64,000 nt of DNA from an uncultured Arcobacter sp. (GTDB lineage Bacteria; Campylobacterota; Campylobacteria; Campylobacterales; Arcobacteraceae): NCBI GenBank assembly GCA_965140705.1, contig OZ223300.1:1824001-1888000 (forward strand). Direction: 5' to 3'. Below the pieces are notes generated by a model, which saw only the letters and a program-made list of their open reading frames with translations, had not been told where the DNA came from and did not search any database. Numbering within the stretch: the stretch's first letter is position 1; each line of letters begins with the position of its first letter. Positions 33,140-43,479 of the stretch are shown piece by piece. A program made the position numbers and the translations under genes.

Positions 33140-34396
33140 CTAAATAGTTTTCATCTTAGCTATTTCTTTTCCTATAAACTCTTTTTCATTTGCTTCTGAA
33201 ACAATTAATTTAGAGATTTCATCTGTAATTATTGCTATATCATGAGTTTTTGATGCAATATTAGAATTTTCTTGCGTTTGTTTATCCAAGATATTTATAG
33301 CATCATTAATTTGTTCAATTCCCAATAACTGTTCTTTTGATGCAGTTTCAATATTGGAAATAAGCTCAGTTGTTTGTTCTATATTATTGTGTAATAAAAT
33401 ATAACCATTCTTCATCTCATCTGCAATACTCTTACCATAATTTGCTTTTGTATTAGCACTTTCAACTATTTTTTTTATCTCTTTTGCAGCTTCTGCACTT
33501 CTTGAAGCTAAATTTCTCACTTCTTGTGCAACAACAGCAAAACCTTTTCCAGCTTCTCCAGCAGTTGCGGCTTCTACTGCTGCATTTAAGCTTAAAATAT
33601 TTGTTTGAAATGCTATTTGATCAATTATTATAATTGCTTCATTTATTGAATTTACTTGTGTATTAATTTCATCCATAGCAACCGTCGTTTTATTTGCTAA
33701 TTCTTCACCAACTTGAACGGATTTAATAACTTCACTTGAAAACTCTGACATTTTAACAATAGTTTCCGTATTTAATCTAATATTTCCAGTTATTTCATCA
33801 ATAGCTGTAGCTGTTTCTTCTATACTTGCAGCTGCATTTGTTGAACTTTCATTTAAATTTTGAACATTTTCAAGCAATTGATTAGAAGTGTAATCTAAGG
33901 TCAAACCATTTGATTTATTTTCAAAAAGAATTCTAGAAATCAAATCAGTGACATTATTTAGTGCCAAAATTAATTTTCCACTTTCATTCTCAATTTTTTT
34001 AGTAAAATTCAATTTTTCATAGTTATCTAATACATTAGTTATTTTATGAAGATTCGAACCTAGCATATCATGAAGTTTATCTACAAGGCTATTTATTGTT
34101 TTTGCTATATAATTTAATTTTTTATTAGAAGTATCTATATAATGAACTTTGTCAGAAATATATCCATCTGATAATTTTTCTGCAATTAACATTATTTCAC
34201 CAAAAACCAATAATTCATCTTCATTTTTTCTACACATTTTTTCACTTATAATAGATAATTTATCTATTATTTTTTGATTAAATCCTGATGTCTTATAATC
34301 AATCTTTGGTAAAGAATTTATTTCACCATCAACAAATTTTTCTAAGTTATCAAAAATTTCTAATATTTTATTTTCACTTGTATTATTAAAAAACAT
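33140..34396 (-). CDS. Methyl-accepting chemotaxis protein, apparently soluble
   Basis: [34 protein letters not shown] signalling hairpin; no TM segment evident. Confidence 0.93.
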   Translation of the reverse strand: MFFNNTSENKILEIFDNLEKFVDGEINSLPKIDYKTSGFNQKIIDKLSIISEKMCRKNEDELLVFGEIMLIAEKLSDGYISDKVHYIDTSNKKLNYIAKTINSLVDKLHDMLGSNLHKITNVLDNYEKLNFTKKIENESGKLILALNNVTDLISRILFENKSNGLTLDYTSNQLLENVQNLNESSTNAAASIEETATAIDEITGNIRLNTETIVKMSEFSSEVIKSVQVGEELANKTTVAMDEINTQVNSINEAIIIIDQIAFQTNILSLNAAVEAATAGEAGKGFAVVAQEVRNLASRSAEAAKEIKKIVESANTKANYGKSIADEMKNGYILLHNNIEQTTELISNIETASKEQLLGIEQINDAINILDKQTQENSNIASKTHDIAIITDEISKLIVSEANEKEFIGKEIAKMKTI

Positions 34397-34413
34397 CTTA
34401 TTAAAGCCTTATT

Positions 34414-34797
34414 CTATTTCATAGTTTTATACAAATTAATTGCATCATTTATTTCTTCATCTGTAGGTTTAACTCTCACTGATATATATCTTAATTCACC
34501 ACTAGGAGTTTGTGAGGGATAAGCAGTAGCATTTACCCAATAAAAACCACCACTTTTTGTAATATTTTTAACAATACCTTTCCATACTTTTCCAGATTTA
34601 ATTGTATTCCATAAGTCTGCAAATGCTGCTTTTGGCATATCATCATGTCTTACATAATTATGTGGTTTACCGATTAATTCTTCTTTCGTATAACCAGCTA
34701 TTTCACAAAAATCATTATTTGCATAAACAATGATTCCTTTTGCATTTGTTTCTGATACTATCATTGTATCTTTAGATAATTTTACTTCTTGTGACAA
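34414..34797 (-). CDS. Stand-alone PAS domain protein (Aer/CetB-like)
   Basis: IVSETNAKGIIVYAN..FCEIAGY...PHNYVRH.DMP..AF.DLW.TI...W.GIVKN motifs. Confidence 0.92.
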   Translation of the reverse strand: MSQEVKLSKDTMIVSETNAKGIIVYANNDFCEIAGYTKEELIGKPHNYVRHDDMPKAAFADLWNTIKSGKVWKGIVKNITKSGGFYWVNATAYPSQTPSGELRYISVRVKPTDEEINDAINLYKTMK

Positions 34798-34946
34798 AAT
34801 AAACTCCTTATAAACCCAAAATTTCTATTTTCAATATTTTAATACTTAATATAAATTTAATTAAAAAATTAATTTTATCAATTAAGATTAAATTTATAGG
34901 ATATTATCTGAATGTAATTTCGTTTATTCTTAAATAATAATATTAT

Positions 34947-35699
34947 TTACTTTCTAAACCATTTTTTGTAGATTTTTTCATATGCATTATTTTTAGTAAT
35001 CTCAGCAAATAATAGATTTAACTTCTCTTTTAAATCTTCATTACTCTTTTTTAAAGCTATTGAATACTTAATCGTACAAATATCATCACTTAAAATTCTA
35101 AATTTGTTATCATGGCTTTCAACTTGTTCTTTTGCCCATGTTGACCCAGCAGTGACAGCATCAATATTATTATAAGATAAAGCTTTTATTAACTGTGGAT
35201 ATTGAGAAAATGTAACTGTAGATACATGCGGTTGTATTTTCAAAAAATTTGCTAAATAATTTGTTCCTTTTAAAGAACCTACATGCATATTATTCATCTC
35301 TTTCAAACTCTTAATACTATTATTGTTATTTAATAAAACAATTTGTTCATCTAAATAATAAGGTTTAGTAAAAATAATATTTTTATTACTATTTTTATCT
35401 TCTACCATTCCTGCGAAAAGAATATCTACTTTATCAGATAAAAGCATTTTTTCTTTGTTAATAGAATTTACTTCTACAAACATAACTCTTAATTCTAATT
35501 TATTCATCATTGTTTTAATTAAATCGATATCAAAACCATCAAGCCTACCTTCATTATTTATAAAGCCAAAAGGTTTATAATCATATTTAACTCCAACTCT
35601 TATATATCCATCATCTAGGATTTCTTTTAAATCTTTTGAAAAAGAATATTGAACTATTAATATTAAAATAATAAAACTTTTCATGATGTAGATATGCAT
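34947..35699 (-). CDS. Polar amino-acid ABC-type substrate-binding protein (family 3)
   Basis: IRVGVKYDYKPFGF...GFDIDL, FTKPYY and YEKIYKKWF motifs. Confidence 0.88.
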   Translation of the reverse strand: MHIYIMKSFIILILIVQYSFSKDLKEILDDGYIRVGVKYDYKPFGFINNEGRLDGFDIDLIKTMMNKLELRVMFVEVNSINKEKMLLSDKVDILFAGMVEDKNSNKNIIFTKPYYLDEQIVLLNNNNSIKSLKEMNNMHVGSLKGTNYLANFLKIQPHVSTVTFSQYPQLIKALSYNNIDAVTAGSTWAKEQVESHDNKFRILSDDICTIKYSIALKKSNEDLKEKLNLLFAEITKNNAYEKIYKKWFRK

Positions 35700-35838
35700 A
35701 ATTCATTCCTTATTATTTACCAATGATTAAATTTATCTTAAAATATAAAATTTTATTATAATATAAATTTCTTAAATTATCTTTTGAATTTAAACTTTTT
35801 TTAGTTATCATTCCTTTTTACTTTTCTAAGGATACTAA

Positions 35839-36567
35839 TTGAGAGTTATATTAGCACTTTTTATATTTTCTATTTCACTTTTTGCTGCTGATAATTTGCC
35901 AGTGATAAATCTTTCAATTGCATCAATCGATCAACCTGCACAATTTGTAAAAACAATAAATATTGCTATTATTCTTATTTTATTAGCAATGGCACCAACT
36001 CTACTACTTATGGTGACAAGCTTTACAAGACTTATAATTGTCTTATCATTACTAAGACAAGCTATGGGGCTTCAACAAGCACCTCCAAATCAAATAGTAA
36101 TATCAATGGCACTTATTTTAACTATATTTATTATGGAACCCTATGCTAAGACCTCTTATAATGAAGGTATTAAGCCTTATATGGAAGAAAAGATTGGTTA
36201 TGAAGAAGCTTTTGCTAAAAGTGTAAAGCCTTTTAAAGAGTTCATGATAAAAAATACAAGAGAAGAAGACATTGCTCTTTTTTATCGTATTAAAAAAGAA
36301 AAAAATCCTAAAAATATAGATGATGTTTCACTTACTCTTTTAATGCCTGCCTTTATTGTAAGTGAATTAAGAACTGCCTTTGAAATAGGATTTTTAATAT
36401 TTTTACCTTTTTTAGTTATTGATATTATTGTAGCTTCCATTCTTATGAGTTTAGGTATGATGATGTTACCTCCGGTAATGATATCCTTACCTATAAAGGT
36501 TATCTTTTTTATTATTATAGATGGGTGGCAACTTATTATTGGAAATCTTGCACAATCCTTTAAATAG
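35839..36567 (+). CDS. fliP: Flagellar export pore protein FliP
   Basis: TSFTRLIIVLSLLRQAMG, PAFIVSELRTAF and LGMMMLPP motifs. Confidence 0.97.
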   Translation: MRVILALFIFSISLFAADNLPVINLSIASIDQPAQFVKTINIAIILILLAMAPTLLLMVTSFTRLIIVLSLLRQAMGLQQAPPNQIVISMALILTIFIMEPYAKTSYNEGIKPYMEEKIGYEEAFAKSVKPFKEFMIKNTREEDIALFYRIKKEKNPKNIDDVSLTLLMPAFIVSELRTAFEIGFLIFLPFLVIDIIVASILMSLGMMMLPPVMISLPIKVIFFIIIDGWQLIIGNLAQSFK

Positions 36568-36635
36568 TAAATTTAATTACCTTATTACTTATCTTAATTT
36601 TAGATGAACAATTAATTATAAATCTTTTACTAAAT

Positions 36636-36685
36636 TATATTAACACAATAACCCAAATATAATATTAACAGTATATTAACACAAT
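36636..36685 (+). repeat. Intergenic direct repeats upstream of the MCP gene
   Basis: TATATTAACACAAT at 36636 and 36672; core ATATTAACA also at 36662. Confidence 0.7.
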
Positions 36686-36728
36686 TTTATTTTATTATAA
36701 AATTATCCCAAAATATATTGGAGAAATC

Positions 36729-38636
36729 ATGAGACCTTTATCAATTAAGACAAAAACTCTAGCGCTTATTACTATTATAATTATTATAATGTCAATTATA
36801 ATTTCTCAAATAGCAATTTACGAAATAAATACATTAACCCAAATACAAGCTAAGCAATTTAGACAAGGTGAATATAAAGAAAGAACAGAAGAGTTGAAAA
36901 ATCACATTGAAATTATCAAAAACCTTATTTCACAATATGAAAAAAAGTATGGGGATGAGGGGAAGAAAAAAGTAATAGAAAAAATCAGAAATATAAAATA
37001 TGGTAATAATGGATATTTTTGGATCACTGATTTAAATATGAGAATGGTGATGCACCCTATTAATTCAGCTCTTGAAGGAAAAGATTTAACTAAAGATGTT
37101 AATTTTGTAAATAATAATGTTTTTGACCAAATGAGTAAAATAGTTAAAAATAAAGGAGAAGGAAGAATTGATTATGAATTACATAAAGGAGATGATTCAG
37201 AACCAATTGCAAAATTTTCTTATATTACCTTGTTTAAACCTTGGGGATGGATAATAGGAACGGGAACAAATGTAGATGATGTAGAAAAAACTATTCTTGA
37301 AATGAGAATACAAACGAAAAATCAAATAAGTGCAATTATATTAGAAGTATCGGGATTTACTCTACTAGCAGTTATTATTTCTTATATTTTAGTAATTTTT
37401 GCATTTAATAATATTGTTAAAAAACCATTAGAGATATTTAAAGACAATTTTAAAAGATTTTTAGATTTTATTACAATGGTTGATAATAAATATAGACCAA
37501 GTGAAGTTATTTATTCTGATGAAATAGGAGAACTAACTTTATTATTAAATGAAGTAGCACTACAAATAGATAAAAAACTCAAAGATGACATAAGAGTTAT
37601 GGGAGAAGTTGTATTAACAGCTGATAAAGTAGAACAAGGTATATATAAGTGTAGAATACATGGAGATTCAGAAAATCCTATGATATTAACTTTAAAAAAT
37701 ACACTAAATAAAATGCTAAATGTTCTCGAAAACAATATGTTAAATGTAAAAGAGACTTTAGATGAATATATTAATGGTGATTTTAGAAATAGAGTTATAA
37801 TAGATGAGAACTTAAAAGAAGAGATGCTTGCAGTTATGATAAGAGTTAATAGTCTAGGTGATGCTCTAAGCCATAGTGCAAAAACAAACTTAACAAATGG
37901 ACAAACACTAGAAGAGAACTCTTTTAATTTAACAAATTCTATGAAAAACTTGGCAGATAAAGCTAATGATCAAGCAGCTTCATTAGAAGAAACAGCTGCT
38001 GCAGTTGAAGAAATAACATCAATAACTAGAAATAATACAACTAATGCTTCAAAAATGTCAGAATTAGGAAAAACAGTTAAATTATCTGTTTCAAAAGGAG
38101 AGGAGCATGCAGCAAATACAGCTTCAGCAATGGAAGAGATAAATGAAAAAGTATCTGCAATAAACGAAGCAATTAATATAATCGATCAAATCGCCTTTCA
38201 AACAAATATTTTAAGTCTAAATGCAGCAGTTGAATCAGCAACAGCAGGAGAAGCTGGAAAAGGTTTTGCAGTTGTAGCACAAGAAGTAAGAAACCTAGCA
38301 TCTCGCTCTGCAGAAGCTGCACGTGAGATAAAAGAACTAGTTGAGGATGCAAATAATAAAGCAATGGAAGGTAAAAAGATATCAGATGGAATGATTGAAG
38401 ATTACAAAGAATTAAATAAACATATTTCAGAAACAATTCACATTATTGAAGATGTTTCATCAGCTTCAAAAGAGCAAATGAATGGAATAGAACAAATAAA
38501 TGATGCCGTGACAAAGCTTGATAGTGTTACCCAAGAAAATGCAAGTGAAGCAAATAAAATAAAAAATATATCAAGCGATGTTTCTGATATGGCAAATAGT
38601 CTTGTAGAAGATGCAAAAAATAAAAAATTTAACTAA
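36729..38636 (+). CDS. Methyl-accepting chemotaxis protein with a Cache sensor domain
   Basis: Two TMs flanking YGNNGYFWI...MVMHP...WGWIIGTG (sCache_2-like); MCP signalling hairpin. Confidence 0.95.
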   Translation: MRPLSIKTKTLALITIIIIIMSIIISQIAIYEINTLTQIQAKQFRQGEYKERTEELKNHIEIIKNLISQYEKKYGDEGKKKVIEKIRNIKYGNNGYFWITDLNMRMVMHPINSALEGKDLTKDVNFVNNNVFDQMSKIVKNKGEGRIDYELHKGDDSEPIAKFSYITLFKPWGWIIGTGTNVDDVEKTILEMRIQTKNQISAIILEVSGFTLLAVIISYILVIFAFNNIVKKPLEIFKDNFKRFLDFITMVDNKYRPSEVIYSDEIGELTLLLNEVALQIDKKLKDDIRVMGEVVLTADKVEQGIYKCRIHGDSENPMILTLKNTLNKMLNVLENNMLNVKETLDEYINGDFRNRVIIDENLKEEMLAVMIRVNSLGDALSHSAKTNLTNGQTLEENSFNLTNSMKNLADKANDQAASLEETAAAVEEITSITRNNTTNASKMSELGKTVKLSVSKGEEHAANTASAMEEINEKVSAINEAINIIDQIAFQTNILSLNAAVESATAGEAGKGFAVVAQEVRNLASRSAEAAREIKELVEDANNKAMEGKKISDGMIEDYKELNKHISETIHIIEDVSSASKEQMNGIEQINDAVTKLDSVTQENASEANKIKNISSDVSDMANSLVEDAKNKKFN

Positions 38637-38645
38637 GGAGTTAAT

Positions 38646-39050
38646 ATGTCAGCTGGAAAAGAAATAGTTTTAGATAAATCAGCTTTCTTAGTAAGTGAAA
38701 CTGATGAAAAAGGTATTATAAGATTTGCAAATGATACTTTTTGCAAAATTGCAGGATATAAACTTGAAGAACTTGTTGGACAACCACATAGTATAGTTAG
38801 AAGTAAATATATGCCAAAAAAAGCATTTAAATCTCTTTGGGAGACCGTACAATCTGGCGAAATTTGGACAGGATATGTAAAGAATGCCACAAAGTCAGGT
38901 GATTTTTACTGGGTATATGCAACTGTTTTCCCATTTACAAGTTGTAACGGTTCTAAGGGATATCTATCATGTAGAAGAAAACCTTCCGAAAAAGAGATTG
39001 AAGAAGCTGAAGAATTATATGCAATTTGGAATAAAGAAGAAGGGAAATAG
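38646..39050 (+). CDS. Stand-alone PAS domain protein (Aer/CetB-like)
   Basis: LVSETDEKGIIRFAN..FCKIAGY...PHSIVR...LWETV..G..WTGYVKN motifs. Confidence 0.92.
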   Translation: MSAGKEIVLDKSAFLVSETDEKGIIRFANDTFCKIAGYKLEELVGQPHSIVRSKYMPKKAFKSLWETVQSGEIWTGYVKNATKSGDFYWVYATVFPFTSCNGSKGYLSCRRKPSEKEIEEAEELYAIWNKEEGK

Positions 39051-39163
39051 AAAATATTTCATACTTATTTTTTATCAATAATTATAAGAAAATATAATAA
39101 ATAGTTTTACATTATTTTAATTAAAAAAGCATTATAATAACTTTTTAAAAATAAAGGTTACTT

Positions 39164-40513
39164 ATGAATAAACTATTTGTATTTTTGTTAATAACTTCCA
39201 TATACTCTTTTGCAAAAGAGGTAACATTTGATGAAGCATTGTCTTTATTACTTAAAAATAGTAAAGAATTAAAATCTAAAAAATTAGATATAAAACAATC
39301 ACATGCAATACTAGATGAAATATCTGCAAATAATTATGGGGCTTTAAATTTCAAAGAGACATATACAACTACAAATCATGCAGGATATGCTTTTAATTCA
39401 AAACTAAGTTCTAGAAAAGCTACCTTTGGTGATTTTGGATTAGGTTCGTATACAGGTCCTGGTTCTATTGGAGAGGCACCAGATGATTTAAATTATCCAA
39501 AATCTACAGAAAACTATGAAACAAAACTTACTTATGACATTCCATTATTTACAGGTTTTAAAATATCAAATTCAAAAGATATTGCTCAACTTCAAGTTCA
39601 AGCTAAAAATAAAAAATATCAATATGATGAAAAACTTCTAACTTTAGAATTATTAAGAGCTTATAATGCTTGTGTTGCAGCTAAAGAGTACTTGAAATCT
39701 ACACAAAAAGCAAAAGAAGTAACTAAATCTTTTGTAAATTTTTCAAATGAAATGTTCAAAGAAGGATTAGTTACAAAAATAGATTTAAATGAAGCACAAG
39801 TAAGAGATTTAAATACTAATGTAAAACTAAAAGAAGCACAAAATAAAGTATCACTTTCACTTTCTTATTTAAGTTTTTTAGTTGGTGATGAAATTACAGA
39901 TGTAAAAAACTTTGAAGAGGTAAAACTTTCAAATCTTGATTTAAATACTATTCAAGAAGATGCTATAAATAAAAGAGAAGACTATAAATATATTGATTTA
40001 AATACTAAATCTTCAAAGAAAAATATAAAAGTAGCACAAGCTGATTATTATCCTAAAATTGATGCACATGTAGAATATGGATATAGTGATGATAAGTTAA
40101 AAAATTTTAATGATACACAAGATTTCTATCTAGCAAAGGTACAATTAAATATGAAAATATTTGATATGTCCAGAGAAGCAAAAATAGAGAAAAGTAGAAT
40201 CAATTATAATAAATTAATGTTAGAAAAAGAACAATTTAAAGATTCTATAAAACTTGAAGTAAAACAAAACTATTTAAATTATTTATCAAATGAAGAGATT
40301 CTAGTAGAAAAAATAAAAGCTCAAAACTTAGCAGAAGAAGTTTTAGTAAAAGCAGAAGATATGTATAAAAATAAACTACTAAAAATGACAGACCTATTGG
40401 CACAACAAGCCTCATTACAAAGAGCAGAAGCAGAAGTAATTATGTCAAAATTTAATCTTACTTTTGTGAAAGCAAAATTAAAACTATCAATGGGAAAATC
40501 CTTAAAGGAATAG
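39164..40513 (+). CDS. TolC-family outer-membrane efflux protein
   Basis: Signal peptide, YDIPLFTGF, ADYYPKI and long amphipathic helices. Confidence 0.88.
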   Translation: MNKLFVFLLITSIYSFAKEVTFDEALSLLLKNSKELKSKKLDIKQSHAILDEISANNYGALNFKETYTTTNHAGYAFNSKLSSRKATFGDFGLGSYTGPGSIGEAPDDLNYPKSTENYETKLTYDIPLFTGFKISNSKDIAQLQVQAKNKKYQYDEKLLTLELLRAYNACVAAKEYLKSTQKAKEVTKSFVNFSNEMFKEGLVTKIDLNEAQVRDLNTNVKLKEAQNKVSLSLSYLSFLVGDEITDVKNFEEVKLSNLDLNTIQEDAINKREDYKYIDLNTKSSKKNIKVAQADYYPKIDAHVEYGYSDDKLKNFNDTQDFYLAKVQLNMKIFDMSREAKIEKSRINYNKLMLEKEQFKDSIKLEVKQNYLNYLSNEEILVEKIKAQNLAEEVLVKAEDMYKNKLLKMTDLLAQQASLQRAEAEVIMSKFNLTFVKAKLKLSMGKSLKE

Positions 40514-40642
40514 TAATTATTTTCCATTAATCTTCAGTTAAATTATTTATCTATACTTTTTTATTATTTTGTCATTTTTAACTCATTTAATCTTAAGTAG
40601 TACTTAAATATAATGAGTTAATTTTATATAAAAAGATACTTA

Positions 40643-41959
40643 ATGATAAAAAAATTACTATTGGCAACTACTTTTACTTTTTCTATTGCTTTTGGTTCTG
40701 AAAGTTTAACCTCATATGACCAAGCAGTAAAACTATTTAATGAAAAAAACTATGAAAAAGCTTACGAAATATTTCTTTCTTTATCAAAAAATGATTTGGA
40801 AAACCAAAATCTAAACTTCTATCTTGGAAGATGTGAATATGAGCAAGGGAAATATGATATAGCAATAAGTTATTATGAAAGAATACTTTTTGCTCAACCA
40901 AATAATTTAAGAGCTCAAATAGAAATAGCCCAAAGTAATTTGATGCTTAAAAACTATACTCAAGCAATAAAAGACTTTAATGCTGTTTTAGTAAATGCAG
41001 ATACTCCAGCTAATGTAAAAAAAAGTATTGAAGCAAGACTTGCTTACATAAAACAAACTATGCAAAAAAACTTTATAAGTGGGGCTTTAGTATTTGATTT
41101 AAGTTATGATTCAAATGTAAATAACTCAGCAACAGCAGGTGAGTACTCAGTCTTTGTACCCCAATTGGGAACTGATTTTAAATTATCAAATAATGCAAAA
41201 GAAGAATCAGATTACTATTATGATGCCATTGCTGTTATAAACCATGTATATAAATATAATGAAAACTTCTCTTTAAATAATAACCTTGTAGCTTATACCC
41301 AAGATTATGATACTAAAAAAGATAGTAATATTGATGTTATCTCATTTACTTCTACTCCTACTTTTTATGAAGGGGCAAATAAATATGGCACTGGACTTGG
41401 AATTGATTATGTTAGATACAATGATAAAGACTATTTAAAAAACTATAATTTGATACTTTCAAACTCTCATCTTTTTGCACAAACAACTTTAAATGATATT
41501 ACTTTTAAACTAAGTAAAAAACTCTATGACCAAGAAGAAGATAAACAAAAAAATGCTTATGTATTTGATTTAACAAATAGCTTAAAATATAAAACAGAAG
41601 ACTTTGGACTTTTTACTTTAGATACTTCATATAGTAAAGAAATAGAAATATATGAACAAAGAACAGATGTAAGTAAAGAATCATTTGAAATAGGTTTAGA
41701 AAATAGTTTAGCTTTGCCATATAAATTTAATCTAAACACAAATATAAATAGTAAAAAAGTAATCTATAGGGATACAGATGTTAACTTTCTATCTAGAAGA
41801 GTTGATAAGATAAATAGTGTCTCACTTGGAATAAGTAGACCAATAAGAAAAAACTTAATCTTTGCCTTAAAAGGAACAGCTACAAACAATATGTCAAATC
41901 AAGCACCCTTTGATTATAAAAAACAAGTTATTAAATCTTCATTGATTTATACATTCTAA
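40643..41959 (+). CDS. TPR-containing outer-membrane beta-barrel protein (Slam/DUF560-like)
   Basis: Signal peptide, N-terminal TPRs (NLNFYLGRCEYEQGKYDIAISYYERIL), YDSNVN at the barrel start, amphipathic strands and C-terminal Y-x-F. Confidence 0.75.
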   Translation: MIKKLLLATTFTFSIAFGSESLTSYDQAVKLFNEKNYEKAYEIFLSLSKNDLENQNLNFYLGRCEYEQGKYDIAISYYERILFAQPNNLRAQIEIAQSNLMLKNYTQAIKDFNAVLVNADTPANVKKSIEARLAYIKQTMQKNFISGALVFDLSYDSNVNNSATAGEYSVFVPQLGTDFKLSNNAKEESDYYYDAIAVINHVYKYNENFSLNNNLVAYTQDYDTKKDSNIDVISFTSTPTFYEGANKYGTGLGIDYVRYNDKDYLKNYNLILSNSHLFAQTTLNDITFKLSKKLYDQEEDKQKNAYVFDLTNSLKYKTEDFGLFTLDTSYSKEIEIYEQRTDVSKESFEIGLENSLALPYKFNLNTNINSKKVIYRDTDVNFLSRRVDKINSVSLGISRPIRKNLIFALKGTATNNMSNQAPFDYKKQVIKSSLIYTF

Positions 41960-41968
41960 GGATTTAAC

Positions 41969-43474
41969 ATGAAAAAGATACTCTTATTACTTTTTATCCT
42001 TGCAAACTTTTTATTTGCTAGTATAGGACAAATAACAGCCTTAGTTGGTGATGTTAAAATCTCTAGGGATTCAAATACTATCTTAGCTAAACTTGGAGAG
42101 AAATTAGAAAAGAATGATGTTATAAATTCTTCTAAAGGTTCTAAAGCTCAAATTACCATGAATGATAATACTATTATTACCATTGGACAAAATTCTACTT
42201 TAAATATCTTTGATTATGTTTATGATGAGAGTAAACCAAAAGATTCTAAGGCTAGTTTTGGCTTTATGAAAGGCTCTTTTAAATCTATTACTGGGAAAAT
42301 TGGAAAGATAAACAAAGATAGATTTAAATTAAAAACTAAAAGTGCTTCTATCGGGATTAGAGGAACTACAATTATTGGAAATCAACAAATCATTATTTGT
42401 ACGGATGGAGCTATTAGTGTTACTGCTAATGGAGTAACTGTAGATGTGGGGAAACAAGAGTTAACTAGAATTTCACAAGGTGGTACTCCTACTCCTCCTG
42501 AACCTTTGAAGCAAGATACCTTAGACTCTTTAGAACAACAAGATAGTAATACTCCACCTCAAAATAATGATGGTAGGGGAGAACAAAACAATAATAAAAC
42601 TAATAGTACAAATTCTGCTAATGAAGCTTCAAATAATAATAACCAAGATGATGTTACTTCCTTTATAGAAAATGAAATAACAAAGGAAATAAATAAAAAA
42701 ACTAATAAAAATAAAGAGCATTCTACTTTTTCATCTAATTTTTCTACTTTAGGCTATGCAAATACAATAATTACAGATAGTAATAATGATAATACCTTTG
42801 TATCTTTTAAAAATGGAGAAATGGGTATAGAAAATTTTAATCCTAATATACATCCAGATCAGAGTGGAAATCAACCTACAATAGGTGACTCTTCTCAAAT
42901 AAATATTGACAACAAAAAAATTTTAAATTCAACATTAAATGGACAAAGTGGTATTCTTGCATTTGAAGATAATAGTTCAAACCCATATTTATCATGGGGA
43001 GAATGGAAAGGAACAGCCCAAAATAATGTTGAGTACACAGGTGGATGGATTGCAGGAATAAAAACTGCAAAAAATATTGTGGACAATGTAATTAATGGAA
43101 TAAATAGTACAATAAATTTTCAAGGTGATGTGATACATGGAAATATATATGATGGCACAAACTTACATGAAATTGACTATGGTACAGTAAATTTTGCATT
43201 TAACTTTGGTGGAGGAAGTGGCTCTTTTACAGGAGATATTAATTTATCATATAATCAACAAAATGGTACTTATAATATTCATATTGGAAATAATGGAATC
43301 GTAAACTCATCAGGTTTTTCTTCATCTGATTTAACTCATAATTCTAATAATATAACTGGAAATGTAAATGGTTCATTTTATGGAAGTGGAGAAATTAAAG
43401 CAATAGGTGGTAAATTTGACTTTAAAGATGGAGTAATAGAAGGAAGTGGTTTATTTAAAGCTGAACGACAATAA
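41969..43474 (+). CDS. Secreted FecR-domain protein with a C-terminal TbpB-like beta-barrel
   Basis: SPI-type signal, FecR-like motif (KTKSASIGIRGT), N/Q-rich linker, and C-terminus GNVNGSFYG...AIGGKFDF...GLFKA. Confidence 0.75.
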   Translation: MKKILLLLFILANFLFASIGQITALVGDVKISRDSNTILAKLGEKLEKNDVINSSKGSKAQITMNDNTIITIGQNSTLNIFDYVYDESKPKDSKASFGFMKGSFKSITGKIGKINKDRFKLKTKSASIGIRGTTIIGNQQIIICTDGAISVTANGVTVDVGKQELTRISQGGTPTPPEPLKQDTLDSLEQQDSNTPPQNNDGRGEQNNNKTNSTNSANEASNNNNQDDVTSFIENEITKEINKKTNKNKEHSTFSSNFSTLGYANTIITDSNNDNTFVSFKNGEMGIENFNPNIHPDQSGNQPTIGDSSQINIDNKKILNSTLNGQSGILAFEDNSSNPYLSWGEWKGTAQNNVEYTGGWIAGIKTAKNIVDNVINGINSTINFQGDVIHGNIYDGTNLHEIDYGTVNFAFNFGGGSGSFTGDINLSYNQQNGTYNIHIGNNGIVNSSGFSSSDLTHNSNNITGNVNGSFYGSGEIKAIGGKFDFKDGVIEGSGLFKAERQ

Positions 43475-43479
43475 AGTGG

